Shown here: one piece after another, positions 20,173 through 29,948 of the stretch | Layout of the letters: each line of letters starts with the position of its first letter | Numbering within the stretch: position 1 is the stretch's first letter | DNA from: a bacterium | GTDB taxonomy: Bacteria > UBA8248 > JACPRG01 > G963555815 | Assembly: GCA_965218795.1 (NCBI GenBank) | Contig: OZ244653.1 | Span: 2,816,001-2,880,000 of the forward strand | DNA length: 64,000 nucleotides | Direction of reading: 5' to 3' | Program-made: the position numbers and the translations under genes | Notes under the pieces: model-generated | The model's input: the letters and a program-made list of their open reading frames with translations, nothing else | Database searches by the model: none | Told to the model about the DNA's origin: nothing

Positions 20173-21065
20173 GCCCGGCGAAGCGGAGACGAGTCGTGGT
20201 ATGGGTCAGAGAGCGATTCGGGCCTGAGCGAGTCTTCGAGCGTCGGGCCTGCCGCGTGCTGGGACAGGCCAGATCGACCCAACGAAGAATCCCGCAGTTC
20301 CCCAAGGAAGAGGCGCAACTGGTGATCCGGATGGTGGAACTGGCCAGTCAGTACGGCCGATACGGCTACCGGAGGATCACGGCCATGCTTCGTTGGGAGG
20401 GGTGGAAGGTGAACCACAAGCGCGTGGAAAGGCTCTGGAGGCAGGAGGGGCTGAAGGTCCCGTCCAGACAGCCGAAACGCAGGAGACTGTGGCTCCATGA
20501 CGGCTCTTGCGTGCGCCTGAGACCGACTCATCGGAACCATGTCTGGAGCTATGACTTCATGCATGAGCGCACCCAAGAAGGGAGGGCTTTCCGGCTGCTG
20601 ACCATTTTGGATGAGTACAGCCGAGAATGTATATCCATTGATGTCCAAAGGCAGATGAATCACCAGGATGTGCTGGAGCGGTTGGCAGAGTTGTTTGTGG
20701 GCCGGGGCGTCCCTGAATACCTCCGGTCAGATAACGGGTCGGAGTTCACAGCGAGGGTGGTCAGGCACTGGCTCAAGGCGGTTGGCGTGAGGACATTGTA
20801 TATCGAGCCAGGGAGTCCCTGGGAGAACGGATATGTGGAGAGTTTCAACGGGAAGCTGAGGGATGAGCTCCTGAACGTGGAGAGCTTCGAGACCCTGAAA
20901 GAGGCCCAGGTGCTGGTGGAGAGGTGGAGGCGGGAGTACAACCAGCGACGGCCTCACAGTGCCTTGGCCTACCGGCCACCCGCACCAGAGGCCAGATTCC
21001 CAAGAACCCAAGCCCTGGCGCCGGTTCCCCGGAGTGGACTGCAAAGGGTCCCGTGTCTAACGTAG
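20169..21065 (+). CDS. IS3 transposase OrfB (DDE, -1 frameshift fusion)
   Basis: WSYDF, LRSDNGSEF, PWENGYVESFNG, HSAL motifs. Confidence 0.9.
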   Translation, partial: LSPAKRRRVVVWVRERFGPERVFERRACRVLGQARSTQRRIPQFPKEEAQLVIRMVELASQYGRYGYRRITAMLRWEGWKVNHKRVERLWRQEGLKVPSRQPKRRRLWLHDGSCVRLRPTHRNHVWSYDFMHERTQEGRAFRLLTILDEYSRECISIDVQRQMNHQDVLERLAELFVGRGVPEYLRSDNGSEFTARVVRHWLKAVGVRTLYIEPGSPWENGYVESFNGKLRDELLNVESFETLKEAQVLVERWRREYNQRRPHSALAYRPPAPEARFPRTQALAPVPRSGLQRVPCLT

Positions 21066-21094
21066 CACGTGGTCTCGTTAGTGGGGGCAGGTCA

Positions 21095-21262
21095 CCGACG
21101 TGGCGGGTAGCCGCCCGTCCGTACCAGCAACCGCTGCACCGACTTCGTGGAGCATCCGATGGCTGATGCGATCTCCGCGTGTGTCTGACCGGCTCTGATC
21201 CGTTCTCTGATCTCGAGGCGATCACTCCGGCTTAGCCTTCCATGCTCCTCCCGTGGCCGCAT
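21095..21262 (-). pseudogene. IS30 transposase, N-terminal part
   Basis: MRPREEHGRLSRSDRLEIRERIRAGQTHAEIASAIGCSTKSVQRLL HTH; joins the C-terminal part in frame once IS3 and one TSD copy are removed. Confidence 0.8.
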
Positions 21263-21337
21263 CACCACCCCCTGGCAATGAGTTGATCATTACCAAGATG
21301 GTGCGTCGACCCCTTGAGACCGCCGGGGTAACTCCAG

Positions 21338-21624
21338 CTCCTCCTTCTGTACGGAGCCGCTTTGCGGCTCGGAGAGGCGCTGCGCCTCACGCTGGCGGAC
21401 ATCGACCTGTCGGCTGTGGTGCTGACCGTGCGCGACACGAAGCTCTACAAGAGTCGCCTCGTTCCACTCGGATCACAACTCGCCCATGTGCTGATAACAT
21501 ATGCGGCGCGGCGTGCGGGGCGTTCTCTCCCGGAGGGGAAGGATTCTGAACGTGAAAGCTTATGTTGCGGTGATTTAGGGTCCGAGCTGAGCTGGCAAAC
21601 GGCACCACGATCACCGCAACATAA
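21338..21624 (+). mobile_element. RIT (recombinase-in-trio)-like remnant: integrase fragment plus terminal inverted repeat
   Basis: LLLLYGAALRLGEALRL...RDTKLYKSRLVPL fragment followed by a perfect 15-bp IR TTATGTTGCGGTGAT / ATCACCGCAACATAA (21560-21574 and 21610-21624). Confidence 0.65.
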
Positions 21625-21625
21625 C

Positions 21626-21862
21626 GACACTCACATCACCAACGAGCATTGCCGTGCGTTCAATGCATTGACCAACGGACAATATCGAAATTTTTGTCTC
21701 TTTTCCTGTTCCTGCGACGGCCACCCCGCGGTTGCCATCGCGGCCGTCAACGTCCGTCCGTCCGGCGAAGAGGGCGGCGAGGACGAATACCGCGTTCAGC
21801 CCCTGTTCGTCTCTGTGACCCCCTCGATGAAACTCACCGACCACGACGGCCGGGAGGCCTGA
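21626..21862 (+). pseudogene. small ICE hypothetical protein lacking its start
   Basis: Coherent frame HITNEHCRAFNALTNGQYRNFCLFSC...DGREA* starting right after the RIT-like end. Confidence 0.4.
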
Positions 21863-21994
21863 GCGGCCATCCACCGGTCACATCCCCCGGCCTTGCCTGT
21901 CGCCACCGGGAGGCGAGGCCGGCTCGGGGATGGGCGAAGGCCGGACGTCCGAGGGGGTGTCCGCGCCGCGGCTTCCCTTCGTCCGGAGACTGCC

Positions 21995-23020
21995 ATGACC
22001 GATCCCGACACCATCTCCGCCGACTATTCCCTGCGCCCTAGCGAGCTCGCCGGGACCCTGTCCCTGCTGGTCGAGGCCCGCCAGCCGGCCATAGTCTGGG
22101 GGCCGCCCGGATGCGCCAAGTCCCGGATCGCCCAACAGGTCGCCGCCGATGCGGGCCGCGAGTACGTCGACGTCCGCGCCCTGCTGCTCGATCCCGTCGA
22201 TCTGCGCGGCATCCCGTGGCGCGACGCCGCCGACCGCACCCGCTGGGCGCCCCCGGCCTTCCTTCCTCCGTCGGATCAAGAGGGCCGCTGGCTCGTCAAC
22301 CTGGAGGAGCTGCCCTCGGCCGCACCCATGGTCCAGGCGGCCCTGTACCAGCTCGTGCTCGACCGGCGCTGCGGCGAGTACGAGCTCCCCGACGGCGCCT
22401 CGCTCATCGCCTGCGGTAACCGGGAGAGCGACCGCGGCGTCACCCACCGCATGCCCACCCCGCTCGCGTCTAGGTTCGTCCATCTGGAGATCCGTGTGGA
22501 TGTCCCGGACTGGTGCGCCTGGGGCGCGGCCAACGGCATCGCGCCCGAGGTGCTCTTCTTCATCCAGATGCGGCCCGAGCTGCTGCACCAGTTCGACCCG
22601 CAGTCGCGGGAGAAGGCCTTTCCCTGTCCGAGGACCTGGGAGTTCGTCTCCAACATCGTGCACCGAAGGAACGGCCTCGACCCCGTGGCCGAGCGAGCCC
22701 TGTTCCGGGGCGCCGTGGGCGAGGCCGCCGCGGTGGAGTTCTCGGCCTTTCTCAAGGTCTGGCGCGAGCTGCCCCATCCCCGGGCCGTGATCGACGATCC
22801 GGAGAATGCCGCCGTCCCCGACAACGCCAGCGCGCTCATCGCCCTCTGCGGCTCCCTCTACCGGCTCGCCGACGACATCAACCTCAAGGCCATCGTGACC
22901 TACGCCACGAGGCTCAGGCGCGAGGTCGGCGAGTTTCTGGTGGGTTCGTGCATCCGCCGCGACCCGGCGCTCCAGCACAGCCCGGCCTTCATCCAGTGGG
23001 CGGCCGCCAGGACCCAGTGA
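21995..23020 (+). CDS. MoxR-like AAA+ ATPase
   Basis: WGPPGCAKS Walker A, LVNLEEL Walker B variant, ACGN sensor 1, LASRF Arg finger, PCPRTW; GGAG RBS. Confidence 0.85.
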   Translation: MTDPDTISADYSLRPSELAGTLSLLVEARQPAIVWGPPGCAKSRIAQQVAADAGREYVDVRALLLDPVDLRGIPWRDAADRTRWAPPAFLPPSDQEGRWLVNLEELPSAAPMVQAALYQLVLDRRCGEYELPDGASLIACGNRESDRGVTHRMPTPLASRFVHLEIRVDVPDWCAWGAANGIAPEVLFFIQMRPELLHQFDPQSREKAFPCPRTWEFVSNIVHRRNGLDPVAERALFRGAVGEAAAVEFSAFLKVWRELPHPRAVIDDPENAAVPDNASALIALCGSLYRLADDINLKAIVTYATRLRREVGEFLVGSCIRRDPALQHSPAFIQWAAARTQ

Positions 23021-23044
23021 CACCCCATTTCGGAGATCAACACC

Positions 23045-23944
23045 ATGAACCTTACCCATGATGCGATGCTGGTCAGCCTCAGGATCAACGCCTGGTCGGG
23101 CAGGCTCTACGACCGCCAGGCCAGCCGTCACGTGGCCATCCATCACGACGCCAGCGCGAGCGCCGGGCGTTACAACAAGCGCCTTTTGCCCAAGCCGGCT
23201 TTCGCCGCGCTCTCCGCGGCCATGAACAGGGCCCGGACCACCCATTACGAGAACACCCTGCCCTGGGACGACCAGGGGCCCCGCCTGCTCACCGTGGCCA
23301 ACTACGACCGCTACACGGCCGAGCTCGACGCCTTGAGCGAGCGCGTGGTGCGGGAACGCGCCCGCTTCATCCAGGATTACGACGATTACGTCGACCAGGC
23401 CCGTCTCGACCTCGGCCGGCTGTTCCGCATCGAGGACTATCCCTCCAAGGACTCGCTCCGGGACAGGTTTTCCGTCGCCTATCGCATCGTCCCGGTCCCC
23501 GACGCGGACCATTTCATGGCGGAGCTCGCTTCGGGCGACGCCGACCGGGTCAAGCGGGATATCGAGCAACAGGTCCGGGACCGTCTGAACGACGCGGTGA
23601 GCGACCTCTACCGGCGCCTGGGCGAGGCGGTCGATCACGTGGGCGAGCGCCTGCGCGAGGACGGGGAGGGAAAACCCCTGGTGTTCCGCGACAGCCTGAT
23701 CGAGAACATCCGAGGCCTGGTGGACGTGGCGCCAAGGCTCAACATCTTCGGCGACGACCATCTGGCCATGCTGTGCCAGGAGGTCAAGGACCGGATCGCG
23801 GGCGTCGAGCCGGATACGCTCAGACCCTCGCGACAATTCGATCCGGCCGTCCGCCGACAGGTCAAGCGCGACGCCGACGAACTCGCGGCCCGGTTCGCCG
23901 GCTACTTCGCGCCATCGGCCACCACGGACCGGGAGGCGGCCTGA
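23045..23944 (+). CDS. DUF3150-like hypothetical protein
   Basis: 299 aa, MLVSLRINAWSG start, TLPW...GPRLL, mostly helical; lies between AAA and vWA genes. Confidence 0.55.
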   Translation: MNLTHDAMLVSLRINAWSGRLYDRQASRHVAIHHDASASAGRYNKRLLPKPAFAALSAAMNRARTTHYENTLPWDDQGPRLLTVANYDRYTAELDALSERVVRERARFIQDYDDYVDQARLDLGRLFRIEDYPSKDSLRDRFSVAYRIVPVPDADHFMAELASGDADRVKRDIEQQVRDRLNDAVSDLYRRLGEAVDHVGERLREDGEGKPLVFRDSLIENIRGLVDVAPRLNIFGDDHLAMLCQEVKDRIAGVEPDTLRPSRQFDPAVRRQVKRDADELAARFAGYFAPSATTDREAA

Positions 23945-25236
23945 TGGCCGGCCGGGCCCGATCGGAATCAGGGCGGCGGGTCAGCGATTGCGTGACCGCC
24001 TTGCTCCGGGATCAGCCCTTCTTCGGCAGCCTGGCGCTGAGATTGCCCATCCGTGCCGACCCGAGCCGCGAGACCCTGGCGAGCGATGGCAAGGACATCC
24101 GGTTTTCACCCCAATGGGTCGCAAGGGCCGACGCCGACTGGATCAAGACCGCGATCGGCCGCGTGGTCCTGGCCTGCGCGCTCAAGCACCACACCCGACG
24201 GGGCGACCGCGACCCGGAACGCTGGCAACGGGCCTCCCAGCTCGTCACGCACGGGCTTCTGCGCGACGCGGGGTTCAATCTGCCGCCCGATGCCGATGCA
24301 TGGGACGACATCAGCGTGGAGCAGGCCTATGACCGCCTCCCGGAACCGAAGGACGACCCGGACGACAAGGACGGCGGAACCCCGTCCAAAGGCCCGGCAG
24401 GTTCATCAGCCAGTAACAACAGCGATTCCGACGGGTCTCCGGACTCCACGGACGCCGACGGCGAGACGGAGCCGGGTAACCAGAACCCGTCCCCACCGAG
24501 CTTCGATCCCTCGGGCACGGGCGAGGTCATGGACGCGGGCGCCCGTTGTGACGACGGCGGTGACACGGACGATCCGCTCGACACCGCGGCCGAGGAGCAG
24601 GCCTGGGACGAGGCCATGCACCAGGCCGCGAGCCTCGCCCGGGCCCAGGGCAAAGCGCCGGGCGCAATCGAGGAGGCGATCCGGGACGCCCATTGCAGCG
24701 TTCTCGACTGGCGGGCCCTCCTGCGCCGCTACATGGTCGATGCGGCCCGTCGGGACTACAGCTGGAGCTTTCCCAACGGGCGCTTCATCGACCAAGGTCT
24801 CTACCTGCCGTCTATCCGCTCCGAGGGGATCGATACCATCGCCGTCATCATCGACACCTCGGCCTCCCTGCCTGCCGAGACGCTCTCCGTGTTCTGGTCC
24901 GAGGTCCGGGAGATCGCCGCCGAGTTGCAGCCCGACTCCGTTCTCGTCCTGCAGGTCGATGCCGCCCTGCAGGATGCCACCGAGTATTCGGCCGGCGACC
25001 TGCCCGAGCGCATCGCGTTGAAGGGTAGAGGCGGTACGGACTTCCGGCCGGGTTTTGCATGGCTCGCCGAGCACGGACAGCGGCCGGGCTGCTGCCTCTA
25101 TCTCACCGACATGGAGTGCCATCGCTACCCCGAGATCGAGCCGGACTTTCCGGTGATCTGGTGCGACTGGGGGCCGGGGCCCGGGGAGTGGAACCGCGAG
25201 CCCTGGGGCGAGCGCATCGACATCAAGACGGCGTGA
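23944..25236 (+). CDS. DUF2201 family metallopeptidase-like / vWA-like protein
   Basis: QPFFGSLAL, T.ASDG, LKHHTR, acidic linker, IDTSAS MIDAS, GRGGTDFRP, YLTD; start overlaps the previous stop. Confidence 0.85.
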   Translation: MAGRARSESGRRVSDCVTALLRDQPFFGSLALRLPIRADPSRETLASDGKDIRFSPQWVARADADWIKTAIGRVVLACALKHHTRRGDRDPERWQRASQLVTHGLLRDAGFNLPPDADAWDDISVEQAYDRLPEPKDDPDDKDGGTPSKGPAGSSASNNSDSDGSPDSTDADGETEPGNQNPSPPSFDPSGTGEVMDAGARCDDGGDTDDPLDTAAEEQAWDEAMHQAASLARAQGKAPGAIEEAIRDAHCSVLDWRALLRRYMVDAARRDYSWSFPNGRFIDQGLYLPSIRSEGIDTIAVIIDTSASLPAETLSVFWSEVREIAAELQPDSVLVLQVDAALQDATEYSAGDLPERIALKGRGGTDFRPGFAWLAEHGQRPGCCLYLTDMECHRYPEIEPDFPVIWCDWGPGPGEWNREPWGERIDIKTA

Positions 25237-25279
25237 GAGCGCCCGGCGCACATCCGAACCCCCATCAGAGGAGTCCGTC

Positions 25280-25873
25280 ATGCCCCACGATATCGTCTCG
25301 ACCGGGCGCGCCGCCCGCATCCTGATCGAACGCGATCCGGGTCCCGGCGACCGGCTCGACGCCTTTCTCCTGCTCGCCGGCCAGGAGTATCTGTGGCGCC
25401 GCCGAGATCGCCCCGACGCCGACTTCGGCGAGGCGGTCCGCATGTACGAGGCCGCGGCCGGCCGGCGCCTCCCGAGGCCCGCGTCGCTCCCCTTCTTCGG
25501 CGTGGTGAAGCGGCGGCGCAGCGAGCGTCGCCGGGAAGTCGCCGTCTGGCTCGCGGGCCGCTTCCTCGGCTGGCTGTACAGCCCCGATGGCCGGGGCCGT
25601 GCTTCCGACACGGACTGGCGTCCGGGCGCCAGCCTGTTGATTGGCCTGGGGCTGCCGTACGAAACGGCCCTGAAGGAGCCTCCCCGTTCGCTCCCCCATG
25701 CCGAGCGTCGCGTGACCGAGCTCGCCATCGCGAACGTCGTCGACCCCGGCGTCCCGATGCCGCCTGCACGCCTCCACAAGTCCGAGCCGGGCCGGCCGGG
25801 GCGAGTCCGGGAAGACTCGAGGGGGCCTTCGGGCGTTTCCATGCAATCCATACAAGGAGGTATCCACCCATGA
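25280..25873 (+). CDS. hypothetical protein
   Basis: GAGGAG RBS, in operon context; C-terminus is low complexity and may be read-through. Confidence 0.55.
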   Translation: MPHDIVSTGRAARILIERDPGPGDRLDAFLLLAGQEYLWRRRDRPDADFGEAVRMYEAAAGRRLPRPASLPFFGVVKRRRSERRREVAVWLAGRFLGWLYSPDGRGRASDTDWRPGASLLIGLGLPYETALKEPPRSLPHAERRVTELAIANVVDPGVPMPPARLHKSEPGRPGRVREDSRGPSGVSMQSIQGGIHP

Positions 25874-28089
25874 CCCATATTGAACCGGTCATCCGGTCCA
25901 TTCCGCTGAGCCAGCTGGAGCTCGCGCCCGAGAACGTGCGCAAGACCCCGGCCGATCCGGCTGCGCTGGCCGAGCTCAAGGCCTCCATCGCAGCCCACGG
26001 GCTGCTCGAGAACCTGGTCGCCCGGGCCCAAGGTCCCGGCGAAGATGGCGTCGGGCACTATGCGGTGATCGCCGGCGGCCGGCGGCTCGCCGCCCTGCAG
26101 GCCCTCGCCGGCGAGGGGGTCCTCGATGAGGACCAACCCGTGCCCTGCCGCATGACCGGCGCCTCCGAGAGCGCCGGCGAACTCTCGCTCGCCGAGAACG
26201 TGATCCGCATCGCCATGCACCCCGCGGACCAGGTGATCGCGTTCCACGGGCTCGCCCAGGCCGGGCTCACCGTGTCCGCCATCGCCGCGCGCTTCGGCGT
26301 CTCCGAGCGCCTGGTCGAACAGCGCCTGCGGCTCGGCCATGCGGCCCCGGAACTGCTCGACGCCTACCGGGCCGACGAGATCGACCTGGAGACCCTCAAG
26401 GCCTTTGCGGTCACCATGGACCACGGCCGCCAGATGGCGGTCTGGGAACAGGTGACGAGCCAGGGCTGCCGGCCCGGGGCCTGGCAGGTGAAGCGCATGC
26501 TGACCGAGGACCAGATGTCCGCCGCGTCGGCTGCGGCCCGTTTCGTCGGTATCGAGGCCTATGAGGCGGCAGGCGGGACCATCACGCGGGACCTCTTCGC
26601 GCAAGAGGACGACCGCGGGATCTGGTTCGACGATCCGGTGCTCCTGAACGAGCTTGCCATGAAGAAGCTTCGGCCGGCGGCGGACGAACTGGCCACGCGC
26701 TGGAAGTGGGCCGAGGCGGCCCTGGAGGCCGACTGGAGCGCCACCGCGGGTTTCGGCCGGATCCGTCCCGAGCCGGCCGTTCCCACCGACGAGGAAGAGG
26801 TCGAACAGGAGCGCCTGCGCACCCGCCACGACGAGCTCGCCAACCTGGACGACGACGGCTGGACCGAAGAACGGGTCGAGGAGGCCGAAGCCATCGAGAC
26901 GCGCCTCGACGGGATCGACGCGGCCGTGGAAGCACGGGCCGCCTTCCGGCCCGAGGACATGGCCATGGCCGGGTGCATCGCGACCGTCGGCCGCGACGGC
27001 GCGCTCGAGGTCATCCAGGGCCTGGTCAGGCCCGAGGACATGCCGGAGACCACCGGCGAGGGCGGAGACGTCCAGGAGGCCGGGAACCACGGCGTCGGAA
27101 CCGAATCCGGCCGCGTGGATGCGCCGGCCATCACCGCTCCCATCGCAACGCCCGCCGACCCGCGCGCCAAGGCCCGGGAGGAGGCCGGCGTGGGCATCGG
27201 CCTCGCCGACGACCTGCGGACGATCCGCACGGCCCTGATCAAGGCCCATCTGGCCCGGGACTTCGAGGCCGCCTTCGACCTGATGGTGTTCCAACTCGGC
27301 CGGGCCGTGTTCACCGAGGGCTGTCGCGCGAATGCCCTCGACATCGCCGTCAAGGAGACCGCCGACCGGCCGGCCATGCGGGTGAATGACGAGGAGTTTG
27401 CCGGCTGGAGCCCGGGCGAGGCCATGTTGGCCGACCGCTCCGGCCTTTCCTTGGACTGGCTGGACCATGAGGACGACGGCCAAGCCTTCGCGGCCTTGCG
27501 GGCGCTTCCGCAGGCGGAGAAGCAGGCTTTGTTCGCGGCGGCGGTCGCGCGCACGGTCAAGGGCCAGCTCGCCTTCGAGCCCGACGCCCGGCCCGAGCTG
27601 GAAGCCACGACCGCCCGGCTCGACATCGACTTCGCGGCCCATGTCCGCCCGAGCGCGGACATGCTCTGGTCCCGGATCCGCAAGGACCGGATCCTCGCGG
27701 TGGCGCGCGAGACCCTGGGCCCTGCCTGGGCCTCGGCGCGGTCGAAGTACAAGAAGGCCGACCTCGCCAAGACGATGGAAGGGGCTTTCGCGACCGGAGA
27801 CCCGCCCCTCGGTCTCGCCGCCTCGGCGCATGCCGCCGCGCTCGCATGGACCCCGCCCGGCTTCGCGCCCTTCGATGCCGGGCCCATGGACGACCCGGAC
27901 ACGGCCGGGGACGTTCCGCCGGTGGCTGAAGACGACGACGCCCCGGCCGGCGAACCGGATACAGTTCCACAGCCTGCCGAGGCGGAAGCTGCCGATGGCC
28001 GGCCCAGCATCGACGTCTCCGAGGAGAACGTCCTCACCCCGCCAGGGGTCAACGGCCACGACATCCCGGAGTTCCTGCGCCGGGCCTGA
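25870..28089 (+). CDS. ParB/RepB/Spo0J family protein (large ICE type)
   Basis: SIAAHGLLENL, VIAGGRRLAAL, LAENVIR, HPADQ, HTH; AAGGAGG RBS. Confidence 0.9.
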   Translation: MTHIEPVIRSIPLSQLELAPENVRKTPADPAALAELKASIAAHGLLENLVARAQGPGEDGVGHYAVIAGGRRLAALQALAGEGVLDEDQPVPCRMTGASESAGELSLAENVIRIAMHPADQVIAFHGLAQAGLTVSAIAARFGVSERLVEQRLRLGHAAPELLDAYRADEIDLETLKAFAVTMDHGRQMAVWEQVTSQGCRPGAWQVKRMLTEDQMSAASAAARFVGIEAYEAAGGTITRDLFAQEDDRGIWFDDPVLLNELAMKKLRPAADELATRWKWAEAALEADWSATAGFGRIRPEPAVPTDEEEVEQERLRTRHDELANLDDDGWTEERVEEAEAIETRLDGIDAAVEARAAFRPEDMAMAGCIATVGRDGALEVIQGLVRPEDMPETTGEGGDVQEAGNHGVGTESGRVDAPAITAPIATPADPRAKAREEAGVGIGLADDLRTIRTALIKAHLARDFEAAFDLMVFQLGRAVFTEGCRANALDIAVKETADRPAMRVNDEEFAGWSPGEAMLADRSGLSLDWLDHEDDGQAFAALRALPQAEKQALFAAAVARTVKGQLAFEPDARPELEATTARLDIDFAAHVRPSADMLWSRIRKDRILAVARETLGPAWASARSKYKKADLAKTMEGAFATGDPPLGLAASAHAAALAWTPPGFAPFDAGPMDDPDTAGDVPPVAEDDDAPAGEPDTVPQPAEAEAADGRPSIDVSEENVLTPPGVNGHDIPEFLRRA

Positions 28090-28121
28090 ACCGCCCGGGG
28101 AAGCGCATTCCCATCCACTAC

Positions 28122-28154
28122 AGCGCCCCGCCGGTCCTTTGCCGGTGGGGCGCT
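28122..28154 (+). terminator. GC-rich hairpin after parB
   Basis: AGCGCCCCGCCGG...CCGGTGGGGCGCT followed by CTTCGTTTC. Confidence 0.5.
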
Positions 28155-28187
28155 CTTCGTTTCGATGTATTTCACGGAGACCTCCCT

Positions 28188-29948
28188 ATGAACCGCACCC
28201 CCGACGCGACGCCCGACGCGCTCCCGGACCGGATCCGGGCCCGGGTCCATGGCGGCGCGCTTCAGCGCGTCACGCGCATGTTTGCGGCAAACCTCACGGA
28301 CGCGCTGGTCGAGACGCTCCAGAATGGCCGCAGGGCCGGGGCGACCCGGGTTTGCGTCACCATCGACGCCCCGGACGGCGAACCCTCGGACGACACGGCC
28401 GGCGCCCTGACGATCACGGTCACCGACGACGGGGCCGGCATCGTCGATCCCGCCGTTCTTCTCAGCTTCGGCGAGACCGGCTGGGACACGGACCTGGCCG
28501 GCCGCGAGGACGCGGCCGGGATGGGATTCGCCAGCCATGCCCGCCAAGGCTGCCGGATCCTCTCGCGGCCCCGGTCACCGGACGGTCATGCCCGGCCGGG
28601 CTGGCGCGTCGATCTCACGCCCGCCCATTTCCTGGGGGAGGAGGATGCACGCATCATCCCCGACGACAGCGCGCCCTGGCCCCACGGCACCACCGTACGC
28701 TTCCAGGCAGGGGAGACCCGGGAGGCGATCCGGCGCGCTGTGGAGAATGCGGCCCGACATTATCCGCTCCCGGTCACCCTCGATGGCGAGACCGTTCCGA
28801 GCCGGGCATTCCTCGACGGCGCCGTCCATGCCGAGCCCTGGCGCGGCCTCGTGTTCGGCGTCTTCGTAGGCCGCAACCGCGGCTACAACGAGCCCGACCT
28901 CAACTTCCACGGCCTGACCCTGTGGGTGCGTCTGTCCACGGTCGATCCCGTCAGCGGCCAGGCCTGGTCGGTCCGCGCCGAGGTCGTGAGCTGTCCCGAA
29001 CTCGAGCTGGTGCTGCCGGCGCGGAAGGAGGCGGTCGAGACCGAGTTCCTGAAGGAGGTGCGCGAGGCCGCGCGCATCGCCATCTACCGGGCCATGGCAG
29101 CAGCGGATCCCGTGCCGCGCATCGCTTTCGAGGACTGGACGCGCGCGCAAGCGGCCGGCATCGAACTGCCCATACCGGCCCCGCAACTGCGGCCCTGGCG
29201 GCCTTGCATCGCCGATATCGACGACTGGCGCGAGGGGCCCGGGCTCGCATCCGTATCCAACGACGCCCTCGTGATGCAGGTCGATCCGGAGCCGCCCGAA
29301 GCCCAGGCGTTCTGGCGCGCGGCAAGGCGAAACGGCTTCGCGGACCGGCTGTTCGAGACCGACCGTCGCCTCGACGGCTACGGCTGGTACGACGCGCTCG
29401 ACCGCGTCGAGAACATCCACACCGAGATCACGGCGGACGGCAAGACCTCTCCCCTCCACGCGTTCCCGTTGCCGGAGCGCACCGGGGTGCCCGCGGCGCC
29501 CCTGCCGGCGAGACCGGAGGCGATCCGGATGAGCCTCGCCGTCAAGCCGGCGCAAGGACCGGGACGCATCCTCGACATCAAAGCCGATCTCGCCTTCGCC
29601 GGCGAGGCTTGGTCCTGGGTCGGAGATGCCATCTCGCTCGTTACCGCCGACAGCGATCTCGATCCGGGAGAGCTCGCGCTCCTGCTGCGCGCGGGCTTCT
29701 TCTCGCCCTCCGACGATGCGGACGCGGACAGTCACGAGACCCAGGGCATTCGGTTCGACGAGGGGGCCCTGCACCTCGCGACCAGGCTGCTTTTCAGTGA
29801 CGAGGAGGCGCGCCGGACGTCCATCGTCGAAGCGGTCAGGCGCGAGCTCATGTGGCTCGTTCCCCGCGACCGCGCCGTCGATATCGCGGTGCGCGGCCGG
29901 GAGGTGACGGTGATGCTGGGCGAACCCGTCGAGGAGGCCGCGCGATGA
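28188..29948 (+). CDS. GHKL (HATPase_c) ATP-binding protein
   Basis: ETLQNGRRAGA N-box, DDGAGI G1 box, AAGMGF G2 box, GTTV; C-terminus not recognised. Confidence 0.8.
   Translation: MNRTPDATPDALPDRIRARVHGGALQRVTRMFAANLTDALVETLQNGRRAGATRVCVTIDAPDGEPSDDTAGALTITVTDDGAGIVDPAVLLSFGETGWDTDLAGREDAAGMGFASHARQGCRILSRPRSPDGHARPGWRVDLTPAHFLGEEDARIIPDDSAPWPHGTTVRFQAGETREAIRRAVENAARHYPLPVTLDGETVPSRAFLDGAVHAEPWRGLVFGVFVGRNRGYNEPDLNFHGLTLWVRLSTVDPVSGQAWSVRAEVVSCPELELVLPARKEAVETEFLKEVREAARIAIYRAMAAADPVPRIAFEDWTRAQAAGIELPIPAPQLRPWRPCIADIDDWREGPGLASVSNDALVMQVDPEPPEAQAFWRAARRNGFADRLFETDRRLDGYGWYDALDRVENIHTEITADGKTSPLHAFPLPERTGVPAAPLPARPEAIRMSLAVKPAQGPGRILDIKADLAFAGEAWSWVGDAISLVTADSDLDPGELALLLRAGFFSPSDDADADSHETQGIRFDEGALHLATRLLFSDEEARRTSIVEAVRRELMWLVPRDRAVDIAVRGREVTVMLGEPVEEAAR

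Larger units (their letters stand above)
19825..21094 (+). mobile_element. IS3 family (IS407-like) element, 1270 bp
   Basis: IRs TGACCTGCCCCC...GGGGGCAGGTCA; 4-bp target duplication CCGA at 19821-19824 and 21095-21098. Confidence 0.93.
18821..21324 (-). mobile_element. IS30 family insertion sequence interrupted by IS3
   Basis: Imperfect IRs GGCGATTTCAAGCGGTCAACG and (reverse complement) GGCGGTCTCAAGGGGTCGACG; transposase split in two. Confidence 0.85.

Noticed and set aside
24406-28059. 1217-aa and other long minus-strand ORFs over the ICE backbone
   Set aside because: Shadows of plus-strand genes that have clear motifs and RBSs.
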